A stretch of 64,000 nt of DNA from Octopus vulgaris (Eukaryota): NCBI GenBank assembly GCA_951406725.2, contig OX597815.1, positions 201,872,001 to 201,936,000 on the forward strand, in the 5' to 3' direction. Below are positions 14,558-29,644 of this stretch, piece after piece (positions within the stretch are counted from its first letter, which is position 1; every line of letters starts with the position of its first letter). The position numbers and the translations under genes are program-made. The notes beneath the pieces were generated by a model. That model saw nothing but the letters and a program-made list of their open reading frames with translations, ran no database searches and was not told the DNA's origin.

Positions 14558-14560
<3 letters not shown>
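14175..14560. repeat. Palindromic element in (TA)n with degenerate hammerhead motifs
   Basis: Imperfect inverted arms (gcctacgctcttcgacag vs ctgcagaagagcgtagtc; tattagttta vs taaactaata). A partial arm homologue lies at about 61490-61565. Confidence 0.7.
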
Positions 14561-14600
<40 letters not shown>

Positions 14601-14601
14601 C

Positions 14602-14649
<48 letters not shown>

Positions 14650-17599
14650 ATATATATACACACGGTCATTTGTTTCATTGAGTATGTTTACGTGCGCAAT
14701 CTAAATTCACTCATTTTACTTTCACAGTTAAGTATTATAAGCTAAGCTAAAATAAAACGGAAGACGCTATAAATCTCAGAAGGATGAGAAATTCGTGAAA
14801 TCTCATAATTTTGAGCCCAAAATTTCGAAACGTTTTTAAAATTATATCTCCGATTTACACATGTCTTTTACAGCATTTGTAAAATACAATATATGTTTAG
14901 ATTCTATTTTTGCGTGTATCGAAGCACTCAGTCTCTGCACATGAACCATTATTTGAATTAGAAGGGTAAATTAAAAAGATCACAGGGAAATAGCTGTTAC
15001 ACTAATAATTATTCAACCAATGCATGAAAGCAAAGCCTAAAACATCAAAGACTCATCCCATTTTGCAATAGTTTCTTCAAACTGGATTCATTTTATAAAA
15101 TACATAAGAAAAGCAAGCAACAAAACAAAATTACCATATGAATATGATAAAATTCCATTATTATTATTATCATTATTTCTTTATTTTAATTTTTTCCCAA
15201 TGTGTTTCAGCACATTTTTTTGTTCAGTAAAAATGTTAATGCAAATCAACACATTTATGTCACCCTTTCAATTTGCTTAAACTAATGTGATTAAATTGCT
15301 TAATAAAGTTATTGCAGAAAACATGATTTTATAACAGGATTATGAAGCGTTCTTGTACGACTTGACAGTGATTCATATGTCAATATTCTCAATCTGATAA
15401 TTCTGTTCAAATTGATTATATAATGTAAAAGGATACCATCACATCACTTTCTAGAAAACTCGCTTTTTTTCATATTAGTTCTCACGTAAAGATACAGATT
15501 ATCATCAAAATATATATTTCATTTAGGAACACCGAACACAGCACACCACCGATGATAAATCCTGACAGAAATTTAGAAATAATTTTGGATAACTTCAAAA
15601 TACTAACTTTTCGTTTCACTTGAGACTTTTGTTGGGATTCATGATTTAAAGTTAGACTTTAAGTATTAAGAACAAAAAGTTATAACATGAAACATGTAAT
15701 GTGATCATATTTTAATCCATGACATATGATACAGCATGCATTCGTCAAACGAAAATGTGCAAATGTCCTATGAATGTAACTCAACAAGACAGACCCTAAT
15801 TTCAACTAAAAACTATGGAATACGATAAGATTATGTTTAAGATGTATAAATTCATAGATGCGAACACGTTTAAAAGGTGGTTTTAGTACTCAAATTGTAA
15901 AATTATCAGAGTTTGCCAATCCTAAAATGGCAATAGTTTCACAATAAATTTGAACATTACTAGAGTATTCCTGTGCATACATTTAAAAGACCAATCAAAT
16001 CTTTTCCCTCCGAGCTTATGTTACTGGAATTATTTTCTGTGCCTGTTGTATTGTAAGGCAAATTTACGTCTGTGTGTGTACTCGTATATGTGTGTGTATG
16101 TGTATGTGCCTGTGTGTAATTAAATAGAAGTCAACATATTCTTGATCAAATGAGTGATCTTAGAAGTATATAAGTAATACCTTTACATGTTGATGAAATT
16201 TAATTATATATTCTTGCCTTGCAATGAAATTAGACATGGTGTCTCGCTAATATCAGCATGTTAGTGAAATATTTATAACGTGCAAGTGTATTTATCTTGG
16301 AATTTTAAATGTTTATGTGCAAATACACATACGTGGGCTTTTCTGGATTATGAAGAATGTAACACATATCAAACACTCTGAAATCAACGTAAAAGGTAGT
16401 ATTATGTAACATTTTCTTTCGTTAATATTTTTGTGTTTACCTGCCATAACACGATGGTATGATGTGGACATTTTTGGATTGGAGTCATCAATATTACAGC
16501 ACAAGCGGTCTGTTAACCATCAAATCATACTCCATCATTATGAAAATAGAGAGATGTGTTGTATATTGCAGTCTGGAAATCAAAGCACAGGTTAGATCTG
16601 GAATACTTTGACGTTAGATTTATACGTTTATTTGTGCAGTCGGTGACTACCTATATAAGGAAAAAGAAAGAATATGCTTCCTGAAAACTGTATTATAATT
16701 TTTTTTCTTCTGCATAAATTGGGAGAAATATTAACATCAGGAATGCATTTGGCCACATCATTCATTTTATAAACTATATTTTTTTACATATCACATTAAT
16801 TTAGACCATACTACATACAACTACGACAATATGAAACAGATCGCAATCAAATAAGCTTATAAAACTAACTTTCCCAAAGCTATAAGGAGTAATATACCAC
16901 AGTGACTTATGCCACCTTTACAACTAAATATATCATTCCCTCACAGGATTTTCATGTAACCTTTCACGAAGATTCTATGTCAGTCTCCAAATATGGACGT
17001 ATATTTCAGAGAATAGATGTTCCAAAGACCGACAGATAACCTTCTAAAATGCGTCAAAATCTCCCGGGAATACAAGTTCACTATTCTTGTGTATATTATA
17101 TAACCATAAAAATGCTTCAAAGCGCTATTTCCATTCCTTACATTTCTCTAAATATGAGATTCAGAACTCAAAATCTTCATGCACACTCCGGTTTACTCGC
17201 GTTTTTTCGTGAATTCCAGTTAGATATCTTTCGCGGCATCCGATATACATACCAATTTACCAGTGCAAAATTCATACTATGATGTTTGCAGCAGGTTAGT
17301 AGTTACATCCTAAAAGTTCTACATACATTTTTCCATAACACGCAAATTGATACAAACCAACAACATTATTTCAAATTTAAAATATTTTTTTTCAAATTAA
17401 AACATTGCAAGTTAGAATATTCACATCATTCAGGTTGTCTAATTGCATTCAAATACTAAAATTTAATTTATATAATAATCTATGCACAGAAATTTATTTA
17501 ATATGACAGAAAGGACAGCGATAATAAACTGAATGGTTTAAATACTATAATATACTTATACACATATAATATTTTATCTCTCTTTGCTTTATCTCTTCC

Positions 17600-17854
17600 T
17601 TGCTTCAGTCATTTGACTGCGGCCATGTTACAGTACCTTATCAAATAATTTTAGTCGAATGAATTGATAACAGTCAATTTTTCTAACAAACCTACTACTT
17701 TTTGCATCGGTTTCTTTTACGGAACTGCTAAGTAAAAGAAACGTAAACATATCATTACCGCTTGTCAAGTGGTTGCAGGGATCACCCACAAAGAGAAAGA
17801 CCAGCGCACACGCATACACGCAAGCACGCTCAAACAAAAACACACACGCATATA

Positions 17855-17913
<59 letters not shown>

Positions 17914-18010
17914 CAGGATTTGATTGGTCCAAGGCTATAGAAGAAGACGCTTGCCCAAGGTGTCATGCAGCGAGTCTGAACACAAAGCATCTTACCGCAT
18001 AGCCACGCCT
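17600..18010 (-). mobile_element. Degenerate OR2-like SINE
   Basis: Tail cagtcatttgactgcggccatg and head aggctatagaagaagacgcttgcccaagg. Confidence 0.8.
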
Positions 18011-18097
18011 GTTTCAATAAATAATTAAATATGCACATAGGTATTATGTAGGTATACAATGTATTTATATCTATCTAACTATATATCTCTTTGTTTA

Positions 18098-18151
<54 letters not shown>

Positions 18152-18283
18152 CATTTATGCATGTATGTATGTATGTATGTATGTATGTATGTATGTATGT
18201 ATGTATGTACAACTCTGTATATGCATTTGTTTGTCTTTCTCTGTATCAATATATATACGTGTATATATTCATACATACATACA

Positions 18284-18315
<32 letters not shown>

Positions 18316-19229
18316 CATGTATATATAAGCATATCTCTGTCTGCGCGCGTATGTGATTGTGTGTTTGTGTGTGAACATGTACATATCCACACACAAACAT
18401 ACACTCACACACTCATACACACACATACACACACACGTACGTGTATATATATATGCGCGCGCGTGTGTGTGTGTGTGTGTGTGTATTTACATATATATAT
18501 TGACAGAGAGAAAGACAAACAAATACAGATATAGATTTATTCTATTTAAACTGTATAAACTCTTTATATGATCTTTTTTTTCAAACTCAATAACATTCTT
18601 GGCATATATATTTCTTTTATATATTTATAGGATAAATGGAGATATATTTCAAAATATTGTAACTTATTTAATCTTTTTTTCTTGAGCGTTCTATTATCTG
18701 TAGATATAAATTCAACAGAAAATATATATCCAAATCATATTTCATTTATAATCCGATCAATATATGTTTATGCTTAGTATAAGTTTCCTTTTTAACCTTT
18801 AATCATCTTCTATCACTTCTTTGAAGATTATTTTAATGCAGTTTTAAGTTGACGCAATGAAATGCATTTTTAAGTAAGCAATAATTGCTTCTTTCTGAAT
18901 ACGTTCCATACTCGATAGTAAATATTTACCTAATATATATTTTTAACAATTGTATAAAGGTTGACCCTTTTCTTTCTGAAATGAACCTTAGATAATGTGA
19001 GAAAGTCTTCTGCAAGACTCCTGAGGTAGGATATAGATGAATGGAACGTCAAACTTTTAGAAATCATTTTGATGCAACGATAAAATATAAACGTCAAAAT
19101 GGAATAAGAAGGAAAATACATCTTGTATAATTTCGAAGAAATTTTGTTCCAGCTAATATATGTATGTGTAGTAATATGAGCGCGCGTGCGTGTGCATAAG
19201 CATAAGCATATATATATATATATGTATAG

Positions 19230-19830
19230 AAAATTTCCTCAGACTGTCATGGTTTAGGGGTTGTCAGCAATTAAGGACATGTGATGCCTCCTTACTGCTT
19301 TCCACAAGGCTTTAGAGTTAACTCTGCTGCCTACATTGAGGTCCTGGAAGTAATTGTTATGCCGTGGATAGACAGTGTACGCAATGAAAGGTCACATGGG
19401 ATTCAGTAGGGGTCTGCACTATAACACATGCCTCTAGTAACACAGGAATAAATGACTGAACATTTTTATAATCACGTAACCCCTAGCATTTGGCCACCTA
19501 TGTACCCAGGTCTCAATCCCTTACATGTGGAGTGTTGTTGAGAGATAAATTAATGAATACACCAATAACACCAAAGATTTTTTGAAAACTGCCATAGTCA
19601 GAATAATGTCAAAAATGAACCAGGACCACTTGATTGGGAACATGTATATTATTTAGATTTCATATAGAAGCAGTTGTTGAAGCTGAAGGTGGCTTTATTG
19701 AATAACATTATAGAAAAGAAGGTTTATGTTTATACTCATAGCATTTTTTGATAAATAAAGTTACTTGTTATTATATATATGATTTTTAATAAACTTATAT
19801 CTGTCCTCAAATAGCTTACGCAGCCTGTAT
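19230..19830 (+). pseudogene. Tc1/mariner DD37D (maT-like) transposase remnant with right TIR
   Basis: VMV.GVVSN.GHVMPP...VNSAAYIEVLE.IVMPWID...IWPP..P.LNPL...IEAVVEAEGGFIE*; ends CCTG|TA. Confidence 0.85.
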
Positions 19831-19831
19831 G

Positions 19832-19879
<48 letters not shown>

Positions 19880-19939
19880 TGTGTGTGAATGTGTGTATGT
19901 ATATATATACATATGTATATACATACTCACACACACATA

Positions 19940-19999
<60 letters not shown>

Positions 20000-20013
20000 T
20001 GTATATACATACT

Positions 20014-20103
<90 letters not shown>

Positions 20104-20122
20104 TATATAAATACATACACAC

Positions 20123-21005
20123 ACAGAGGGGGCGAATAATAATCTGTCGTCTAAATTACGCAAAAACCAGAATCTCCCCAGACACAAGAGAATAACGCTG
20201 ACATCTCATTTTAAGAGATATAACGAAATAACGTTAAAGTATCTTGAAATATGAAAGATTATATTTATTTGATAAAATCGCCATTGGTTTCAACCACAGC
20301 CTCCAGACGCCTTTGGAAACTCCTGCAACTCTTCTGGACTGTCTCGTTTTAGAAGTTGGTGAATGGTGCTTCTGTTCATATTTGGTGTTGCAAGGAGTTT
20401 TGTTGGTCTTTCGCTCTAATGTGCCCCACACATAATAATCAAGAGAATTGCAGTCTTGGGATTTAGGTGACCAGATTTTAGGGGGTGATGTTGTCGCAGG
20501 AAGTGTCTGACAGTCATGACTCGGTTCTCTAGCTTATGTGGCATGGTGCAGAGTCTGGTTGCCAAACATAGGGTCTTCCAGCAGTCACTCTGCTGACCCA
20601 GGACAGAGCTAACTCTTCCAGGGACTTGATGTAGGTCTCCATGTTGGGTCTGAGGCCTTGTAGGACGATGAATGGAGCCACAGCGTTGCCATCCCTAGTG
20701 TTCACTCCAAACACATGATTTCAACTAGAAGTTTGAAATTTATAACACCCGGTACAGGTCTTCAGGCTGCACTGTCCTCAGATTAGCATCCAAACACTGA
20801 AGTTTTAGTATTGGAGCTTTCGGCGCGAATTCGAAGCGGTACAGCATGTCGTTTCTAAATGTCTGCTTCATGGTGCTGTTTTTCTCACAGACCCTCCCCA
20901 ACTGACCCTACTATACCGTGTAGTCGACAAAATCAAAAATAAACAATGCACGTGCGCAAAATAAAAAGATATAAAATGGCGACAAATTATCCATCGCACC
21001 CTGTA
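20123..21005 (-). mobile_element. Internally deleted DD37D/Tc1-like transposon with TIRs
   Basis: Imperfect TIRs (cagagggggcgaataataatctgtcg / cgacaaattatccatcgcaccctg|ta). Peptides GRPYVWQPDSAPCH, WGTLERKTNKTPCNT and CRSFQRRLEAVVETNGDFIK. Confidence 0.85.
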
Positions 21006-21434
21006 CACGCGTACACACACCCATACATAAATGAGTAACACAGATGTAGAGTTTCAATCCATCACGGCCGTTTCAAGCGACTCATTTTAATTCATTAATG
21101 AAGACATTACATAATTTCAAAGAAACTGTTCTCGTCTAACATAAAAGATACAGCCATTTCCTTAACATATTCCCATGAATAATGGAACTCAAAGTATTTA
21201 TATTGTTTCTTCTGACGTATCTGTGACAGAATGAGTTTAGAAAATAATGCTTTCCTTCTGAACTCTACTATAATTGAGAGAGCAACAGAGGAAACAGGTG
21301 GGTTATGTTGTGTGCACGTGGCAGAAATATTAGGTATAAGCACTGCTTCACGGAGTCTTAGTAGTAAAAATTCAATTAATATTGATATGGTATGCGGATT
21401 ATACCGACCTAGCAACGGAATCCTAATTATATTT

Positions 21435-21527
<93 letters not shown>

Positions 21528-21848
21528 TATGTATGTATGTATGTATGTATGTATGTATGTATGTATGTATGTATGTATGTATGTGAGAGATGAATGAAAT
21601 ATTTTATTATTCCCTATAATATAGGATCTCGTGAATTTCATTTTTTTTCACTCACATTTTCATAAACACTCCAGCGTGAAGGAATTCCTGAAGTAAATCC
21701 ATTTATATACATCCATACTGTTGTGCCATCAGGTAGCCGAATACTGTGAGCGGGCTTTAAACGGCAGATTGAAAGGTGTATACCCAAATATAAAATTATT
21801 ACTTACGTAGATTCACACTTCTATACATACACACACATACATATATGC

Positions 21849-21887
<39 letters not shown>

Positions 21888-22794
21888 TAAGTATCTACGT
21901 ACATATGCATGCATGTGTATGCACACGCACTCACATGCACACAGACACGCATACACACGAATGTATATTTGGATGGACAACAGCTATAATTGTGAAAAGC
22001 ATTATTACCGTACTACGCTGCCTTTGGTGTTGAATACACTGTGGTATATTTTACAACGTTCAACATAAAGCAATTTTATGGTTTTGATGGAAACATTAAT
22101 TCTTACCTTCAGGATTTACGTCAATTTTATATAGCTTCCCATAAGTAATTCTTCTACCTTCCTAGCAGAAATTAATGTCATTACAAGATGTCAGCTGAAT
22201 AAAATATAAAGTTTCTTAGAAACTTATAAATCCATGAGAGATGCATTACTCTAGCTACTTCTAATCTATTATCATGATGATTTATATCTTCCGATTATAC
22301 CATGATAAATTTGTTCCAATATAAAGAACCTGTTACAAATTACTCATAAATATCTTTTCGTTGTCTTTCTAACGTTGATTACAGTAAGATATTCTTAATT
22401 TGGGTTTAGCATATAAAGTCAAGGACATTGCAATTTGCTCACATGTTAAAATAAGAGTCGATGCGGGATATAGAAGCGGATTTTTGTATTTTTTTTATCG
22501 AAATGTCAAAGGATTATAAAAAGAATATTCACTATACTTCCTAAACAGGCAGAGATGCAATTTTCTTTACTCATGTTGATTGTTATCGATTCTATGATTT
22601 TGTATTGGTGTAATAAAATGTATTTCTGCATGCAAACAACTGAAAGGGACGAGAATTTGCAAAAACCAATAATTTTTATTATGAGAAATAAACGAATTCC
22701 AGAAAACATCATTTTAAATGTTCAAGGGCGTGCTTGTTTGTATAAGTGAGTTTCTTTGTCTCATGAAGTTTCGTGTTGTTATATATAGAAGGAA

Positions 22795-23041
22795 AGGCGG
22801 CGAGCTGGCAGAAACGTTAGCACGCCGGGCGAAATGCGTAGCCGTATTTCGTCAGACGCTACGTTCTGATTTCAAATTCCGACGAGGTCGACTTTGCCTT
22901 TCATCATTTCGGGGTCGATAAATTAAGTACCAGTTACGCACTGGGATCGATGTAATCGACTTAACCCTTGTTTGTTGTTTGTCTGTCCTTGTTTGTTGTT
23001 TGTCCCCTCTGTGTTTAGCCCCTTGTGGGTAGTAAAGAAAT
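22795..23041 (+). mobile_element. Nin-domain tRNA-SINE with TSD
   Basis: Nin-like GTCGACTTTGCCTTTCATCATTTCGGGGTCGATAAATTAAGTACCAG; flanking direct repeat tatatagaaggaaagg. Confidence 0.9.
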
Positions 23042-23426
23042 ATATATATAGAAGGAAAGGAATTTTAATGACAACATTATACGTCATAATGAGATGAGGA
23101 CATTTCCATTCTACTAATACTGCTACCCCCACTGCTGCTGTTGCTGTTACTGCTGCTATTGCTGCTACTTTGTCGATGAAAATGACCCGATGTCGGCGAA
23201 ATTATACATATTTATTTGTCTCACAATATTATAAAATGCTAGTTCTAAAATGCTGCTCAAGAATGGGAATGTGAATATCACAAATACAATATATTAAACA
23301 CAAGATAAATTTATGCGCCTGTATTAAAGTAGCATCCTTTAGATGAAAATTTGTAAAGGTTTTTCAAATATATCGGAAAGATTAAACTATCCGACTTATA
23401 TATAAGTCACTGGTTTGCAAAGCTTT

Positions 23427-23658
23427 AAGGCGGCGAGCTGGCAGAAACGTTAGCATGACGGGCGAAATGCTTAGCGGTATTTCGTCTGTGTGACGTTGTG
23501 AGTTCAAATTCCGGCGAGGTCGATTTTGCCTTTCATCCTTTCGGGGTCGATAAATTAAGTACCAGTTACGCACTGGGGTCGATGTAATTGACTTAATACC
23601 TATGGCTGTCCCTGTGTGTCCCCTCTGTGTTTAGCCCCTTGTGGGTCATAAAGAAATA
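23427..23658 (+). mobile_element. Nin-domain tRNA-SINE with TSD
   Basis: Same family as 22795; 15-bp TSD ggtttgcaaagcttt on both sides. Confidence 0.9.
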
Positions 23659-23677
23659 GGTTTGCAAAGCTTTCTTA

Positions 23678-23900
23678 TCTATTATATAAAATCCGTTCTG
23701 TCAGTGTGTGTGTCTTCTAGGATCTCGGGCATCCTCCATCAGATTGCGCTGAAATTTGATATGTAGATACCGACGGTATCTGAGCGTGTATGAGTCTTGA
23801 AAAAATTATAAAAATCGATTCCAGGTGAGAATGCGATAGATAAAGCCGTGAGAACGTGCATTTGTACGCGCAAGTACACCAGTCGAAATCCGTCTTTTGC
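23678..23900 (+). mobile_element. 5' end of a second Helitron family (3' end not located)
   Basis: A|TCTATTATATAAAA followed by tctgtcagtgtgtgtgtc and gctgaaatttg, typical of Lep1-like non-autonomous Helitrons. Confidence 0.55.
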
Positions 23901-26119
23901 TGGTATCTCGAATTTCGGTTAAATCATTTTTTTCTCAAAGAAGAGGCCCATAGGACGGTCGGACAAGTTATTTTGAGAAACTTTGGTTTAAATTTCTGAC
24001 AACTCAGCACCGTCCATTGGACGGGGGACGTTTTACTTGTATTTTGATATTTTGCTGGGAGAAAAAAAGCAATGTGTTCGATTAGAAAATCAACAGACGT
24101 AAGGGCAGAAAGAGAAAGGTGTATAGGGAAAGCAGTTCTATGGTAAATGGGTAACTAGTTTTTTCCATAAAGTGGATGGAATCAGGCCATAGAGTGTTTT
24201 GATGATTTGGTAGTGGTTTGAAGTCATTATCAGCTCTCGAAAATTTAATTATCCTGGAATCGCACTGCCCAGATATCGACGAACTCTTAATTACCATAAT
24301 GAAAACACCTTGCAAAGACTCCATTTACAAGAAAACCCAAAAATCTTCTTGCGGGTGAAGAAACAAAAATAAAAGAAAAAATTAATAGAAGTGATGACAA
24401 CATAAACCCAGAAGCAGCCAGATTACATCGGTTCCTTATTTCTATTTGATTTAAACACCAATATCATACAGAAAGGAACCGTCTCTACTATGTATTAAAA
24501 GAAAGCGGAAAGCGTGGACATGACAGCGTAAGTTACAATTCAACCGTATGCATCAGGATCAACGCAGTTTATGTAAGAAATGTGATCCACAAATATACAG
24601 TAAAAGCCGGAAGGCAGTGGACAGAAACAAGAGCTCTATGCAATTCTTATCTGTCTTTAAGGAGATTGACTATACAGATTATTTCGCCAAACATCAGTAC
24701 ATTATGAGACCCGCTAAGAAAGTCTACACACTCATAGATAACATTTTTATTCTTTATTTCTATTTTCCTAAATTATCTATTAATTTTTTTTTTAATTGAA
24801 ATTATAACCCTTTAATGAGAAACAACTGCTGTAATATAATAAGAGATATATCGGAAAGGAATAACATTTACAGCTGACACACTCCATACCTGCCACAGTA
24901 GGTTATTACTTAATAGTAGAACATCACAATTAAAATTAATAATGCCATCATTATATTGTTGTTTTTTTTTAATTCTTAAAGTATATACTGTCCTATTTTC
25001 CCTAGCACCAGTTTTCACTTCTATAAGGTAAGCTAAAGCAAACAGCATGAATTAAAAGTTACATTTTCTGCTAATTCCGTGAATTTAATCAAATCTTTCG
25101 GAGGGAAACTAACTGAGCCATAATGTGTGTTTCGGTTATTATGTTTTACTTCAAAACTTTCACATTGCTTACAGCCGTTTCTGCTACCAATGTCAGTCGG
25201 TGCCAGGAAAGAAAATTATGAGAATAATATTCATCATCTTTTATAGCGCATACGATCTAGTACATGGAGCTTCATCTGAGTGAATACAAATACCTAAAAT
25301 AAAAGAAGAGAAAGGGGAAGAGGTAAGAACAGGTCCTCCAGATGAGGAAAGAAGTCTTAATAATTTAGAATCATACCATTTTGCAATGTAAAGCTTGAAG
25401 TCGATGAGCAAATGAATAAACTAGCAAATAAACTGGAAAATAATTGGTGGGTTCATCTTTCTTTAGGGATACCAGGGTGTATGAATAATAAGAAAATAAA
25501 ACCAATACGTAAGTATAACACGATTCACCCAAAAGTCTATAAAATGAATAGTACTTATGATTTCGTAAATAGAGATGATTAATATTTATCCAAAAACAAG
25601 TACTTACTAATATATTCTAAAGACCAACCACCTGTTGTCCGTAATGGAATTGACCAAAGTGCAGCCAACTCTGTGATGGGTCTGTTAAATTTAAAATTAC
25701 GGTCCATCTCAGACAGTTATAAAGAAGTAAATAAAACAGTAAATAAAACAGCAAAATGTGGGGGAGTAGTCGATGCCGTAAGTGGCACCAGGCTGCTTGT
25801 GTCATTATTCAACATTCCAACATAAATACAAGCAACTGTACAACAGTAAATAGCTAACAGTTAAGGGGAGACTACCGTTGGTGAAGGTGGTTGCTAGTGC
25901 ATTTACCTTCAAATTATGATACTAAATATAACATCATAAATAGCCAGCATAGTTCCAAGTAAATGTTTAAATGTTCCTGAGTACATTCTGTTTATTAGAC
26001 ATATGAGAAGGCAAAAACACAAAAGCCCAAAATAGTTAAACTATTACAAGTTAAATCTTTTGCTTATTATTAACACGGTTACAAATTCAGGGTCCTACTA
26101 CAGTTTATTAAATCCTGCT

Positions 26120-26153
<34 letters not shown>

Positions 26154-27667
26154 GGCCTTGCTTTTTGCTTTTTGAGCTCAAAAATTAACTTAACTTAACT
26201 TATATATATATATGTATGAATATATTATTTATATTATACTGTTCATATTACTAAACTCGTTGATGTATTAACCCTTTCTTGGGTGCAATCATATGGAGTC
26301 TACCAAATATTTTCAGTTCTATCCATACACAATATGCCTAAGGGCAATAACAGCTCATAGGAAAGCGTCTACTGTAAAAACAAATACAATCTACAGAGGT
26401 GTGCAGATAATATTGAGCTGTTAAAATTGAGTTATGTTATACGGGTGGAGTCCTAAATAGGTAGGTCTAGTGGTTTCTACAATAAATGGAGGTAGAGCAG
26501 TATGCTCGCTGTAAAATAGGTAAAGATTGAAGATAATAAACACACGTAAACCATGGTGTAAAAGGTTCAGTGAAGTAAGATTAGTTGCAAGTACAATCTT
26601 AGCTGAGATGGCGGGTACAGGCTCTCGGAAGGGCTAGGGATTAGTCATTGGTGTTAAGTACTAACGCCCTCTGTACTCCAAATTAGGTTCATAGGGGAAA
26701 GAATTGGCTTTATTAAAGGTGGTGAGGAGAATCAATAAATGTTACCGTAAAATTTTGGTTGTGTATTTTTTTATTGAGATCATTAAGAATATATTTCCCT
26801 TCTCGTACAACATTTCGTTCTTCATATTAACGAATGTGATAAATCTACTGGTGTAAACAAATGTGCATCATGCAAGTGCATGCCGTGTTCACGCCGTTTT
26901 AGTTTCAGTAATTTTTACTTCCTCCATGGGAAATTATCTTGCGTTTAATCATTGGTTCCAAACGATGTTTCTTTAATTATAATATGATGACCCATGTAAT
27001 CAATGATGTTTCCTGCAATAAAATATCATCAGGACAGAATTATAATACATGCATAACAGATTCAAAAGATATAAGAGATACAACCACAATCATTTATGTG
27101 TCTATACTTAGTGTTATATTCATGTAGGTTCTCGGGTATTGGTTCATCTAATGTCTCGTATTTATAGTTTTAACCTTTCTCAGTTCCACGTCATATATGT
27201 GTATGTGTCTTCCTGTAGAAGACGACGTATGAACATTCAGTTTTTCCCCAACGACCTTGACAGATAATATTTTTATTATGACAGAATGTTTACACCTAAC
27301 ATTAGTTAACTCACGTGGTTGTCTGACGGTGCACGACGCGTCGGGTATCGAAATGATCGCAGTGCAACGGGAGATTAAGTATTTTGCTCAGGAACGCAGC
27401 ACGATCTAGCGAAAGTAAATGCAACACCCAAACTAACTCCTGTAGTGTCACATACATATCACCCGTTATATATATTAAATTCGTTCAAGGTGACGTTAGG
27501 GGTATGCAAATAAAGCTCCCAATTAATTTTACCGGCTACCGTCTAATTATATTGACTAGTGAGTCCGTTTTTCGTGGTTGCATCACCGTTATACCGATAT
27601 AAAGTAGATTAGATATAATAGATATAATAATAACAATAATTCTAGAACGGAATTTAAAATATTTAAT

Positions 27668-27848
27668 TCATCATTACGTACGTTTCCACAAATCATATGG
27701 TTTTGACATCAGTGTCCGCCTCCTTAGGATTAGTACAGTATATCCTGTATTATCCCTGGGCCATAATAATACTGGCTCTGTTGTACTAACCCCAAGAACA
27801 AGTCTGATTTTAAAATCATCTAATTTCTGGAAACATGCGTAGCGATGC
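27668..27848. repeat. Imperfect 180-bp palindrome with degenerate hammerhead-like arms
   Basis: catcattacgtacgtttccacaaat...gacatcag is the reverse complement of ctgattttaaaatc...tggaaacatgcgtagcgatg; the inner arms also pair. Confidence 0.7.
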
Positions 27849-28613
27849 ATTCGATATTTATCAAATCCGCCTTAGAAGTGCGAAAGCAAACGAGATCAAT
27901 ATGCAAAGAATAAGAAAAAATTGTAAACAGGACAATTAACACAAGGAATGAACCTTGATCAGTGGCCGGCTCCCTATCTTCTCTTCATTTCGAACATTCG
28001 ATTACAATATGAGTCTTTGAAGACAGATGTTCCCATAACTTCGAAAGTAAAATTTTGGATTTTATTGATGGTTTCATTTGGGAACAAATACATGGCAGTG
28101 GAAGCATACGAAGAAGCAGAACGGAAAGAAACATAGAACGTTGTTAGAGCAGAACGAGGGGGAAATTGTACAGGCTTAGAGAAATATTTTCTTTGTAAAG
28201 TGAAAATTTAGAAGAGGGAGATAGAAGACGTCTAGTCCTGAGAACGTTCATGCAGTAAAAGAAAGATCATCACGAGAGGAAAAGAAAGTTGGACGATGGT
28301 AACGTGTTACGACGGCGAGAGAGAAAAAGAGAAAGAGAGAAGAAAGAGACATAGAAAACGGTGGAGAAAAAAGAATTAGAGAAGGATGGGGAGAAAACTG
28401 TGTAGATTAAAGTCACATCAAATAGGTTAAGATAAACTTACTTGGAAATGGATGCGTGGCGTTCAATTAAATAATAAAAAATATATATATATATATATGA
28501 CGTTACCAACTGTAAACAACGGGAAGTACGAAAGCAAACGAGTTAAATAGTATGTAAAATAAGACAAAAAAATGGAAAATCTGATAATACAAAGATCGCT
28601 CCTTCATCATATG

Positions 28614-28676
<63 letters not shown>

Positions 28677-28677
28677 A

Positions 28678-28722
<45 letters not shown>

Positions 28723-29068
28723 TATTAATATTATTATTTACAGGATTGTAAAACACGTCAGCGTATAACAAAATCAGTTGCACCGAAAGCATGTAGAAAT
28801 TTTGTTTACGCAAAACAAATACGAATTAAATAGAGATCTAAGTTTGAAAGAAACAGGGTGGCTTATTCGCTGATGTGAAGGTAACACTCTTAGTCGCGTT
28901 AATAAATGAATGTGGTGGTGGGGGCAATCCCACACGGACAGGTAAGCTTTCTTTTTTATGTTGAGGCCGTATATGTCCCGTTATTAGACTATTTTCTTTA
29001 ATCATTGCACGGTGATCGCCATATGGTTTATGTTTATATAAATATTCACAAAACCATTCACACTGAAA

Positions 29069-29122
<54 letters not shown>

Positions 29123-29644
29123 CAAAGTGACGTTGTAAGGAACCGCACGAGTTGAAATATATATGAAGGAAGGTTGGAAAATGCAAATTTTAAGATGTTT
29201 ATTCAGTTAGCCGGTTTCACTTTTTTAGAAAAAGTTTGTCAAAAGTAAAATGTAAAGTTTTTTATAATCTTTTTGCGTTAAGTACTGGTTGTCACAAAAT
29301 ATTAAAATACATATATACGTTATTTGATAATAAGAAAAATGTTAAAACAGTTGACAAGGAAATATCTTGAGAAATTATTAGGATTTCGTTAAAAATCCTG
29401 TTAGTTTGGAAGTATCTATATACATACTCAGAAAAGTATTAGGAGTTCAAAAAAGTCATGTTTGGTAGTATATATATATACACAGAAGGAGATATATTTA
29501 GGAGTTTACAAAGAATTATTTGTAAACTTCTCAGATAGAGACGCGCGTAAAATTAATAGTAGAGAATCTAAAATAAAAGGGAGATAACTGAGAAAGAATT
29601 GAAAGTCAACGTTAGATCATAATCATGTAAAGTGGATAAATATA

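Noticed and set aside
21107-21446. Overlapping ORFs on both strands
   Set aside because: No recognisable domain or supporting neighbouring exons.
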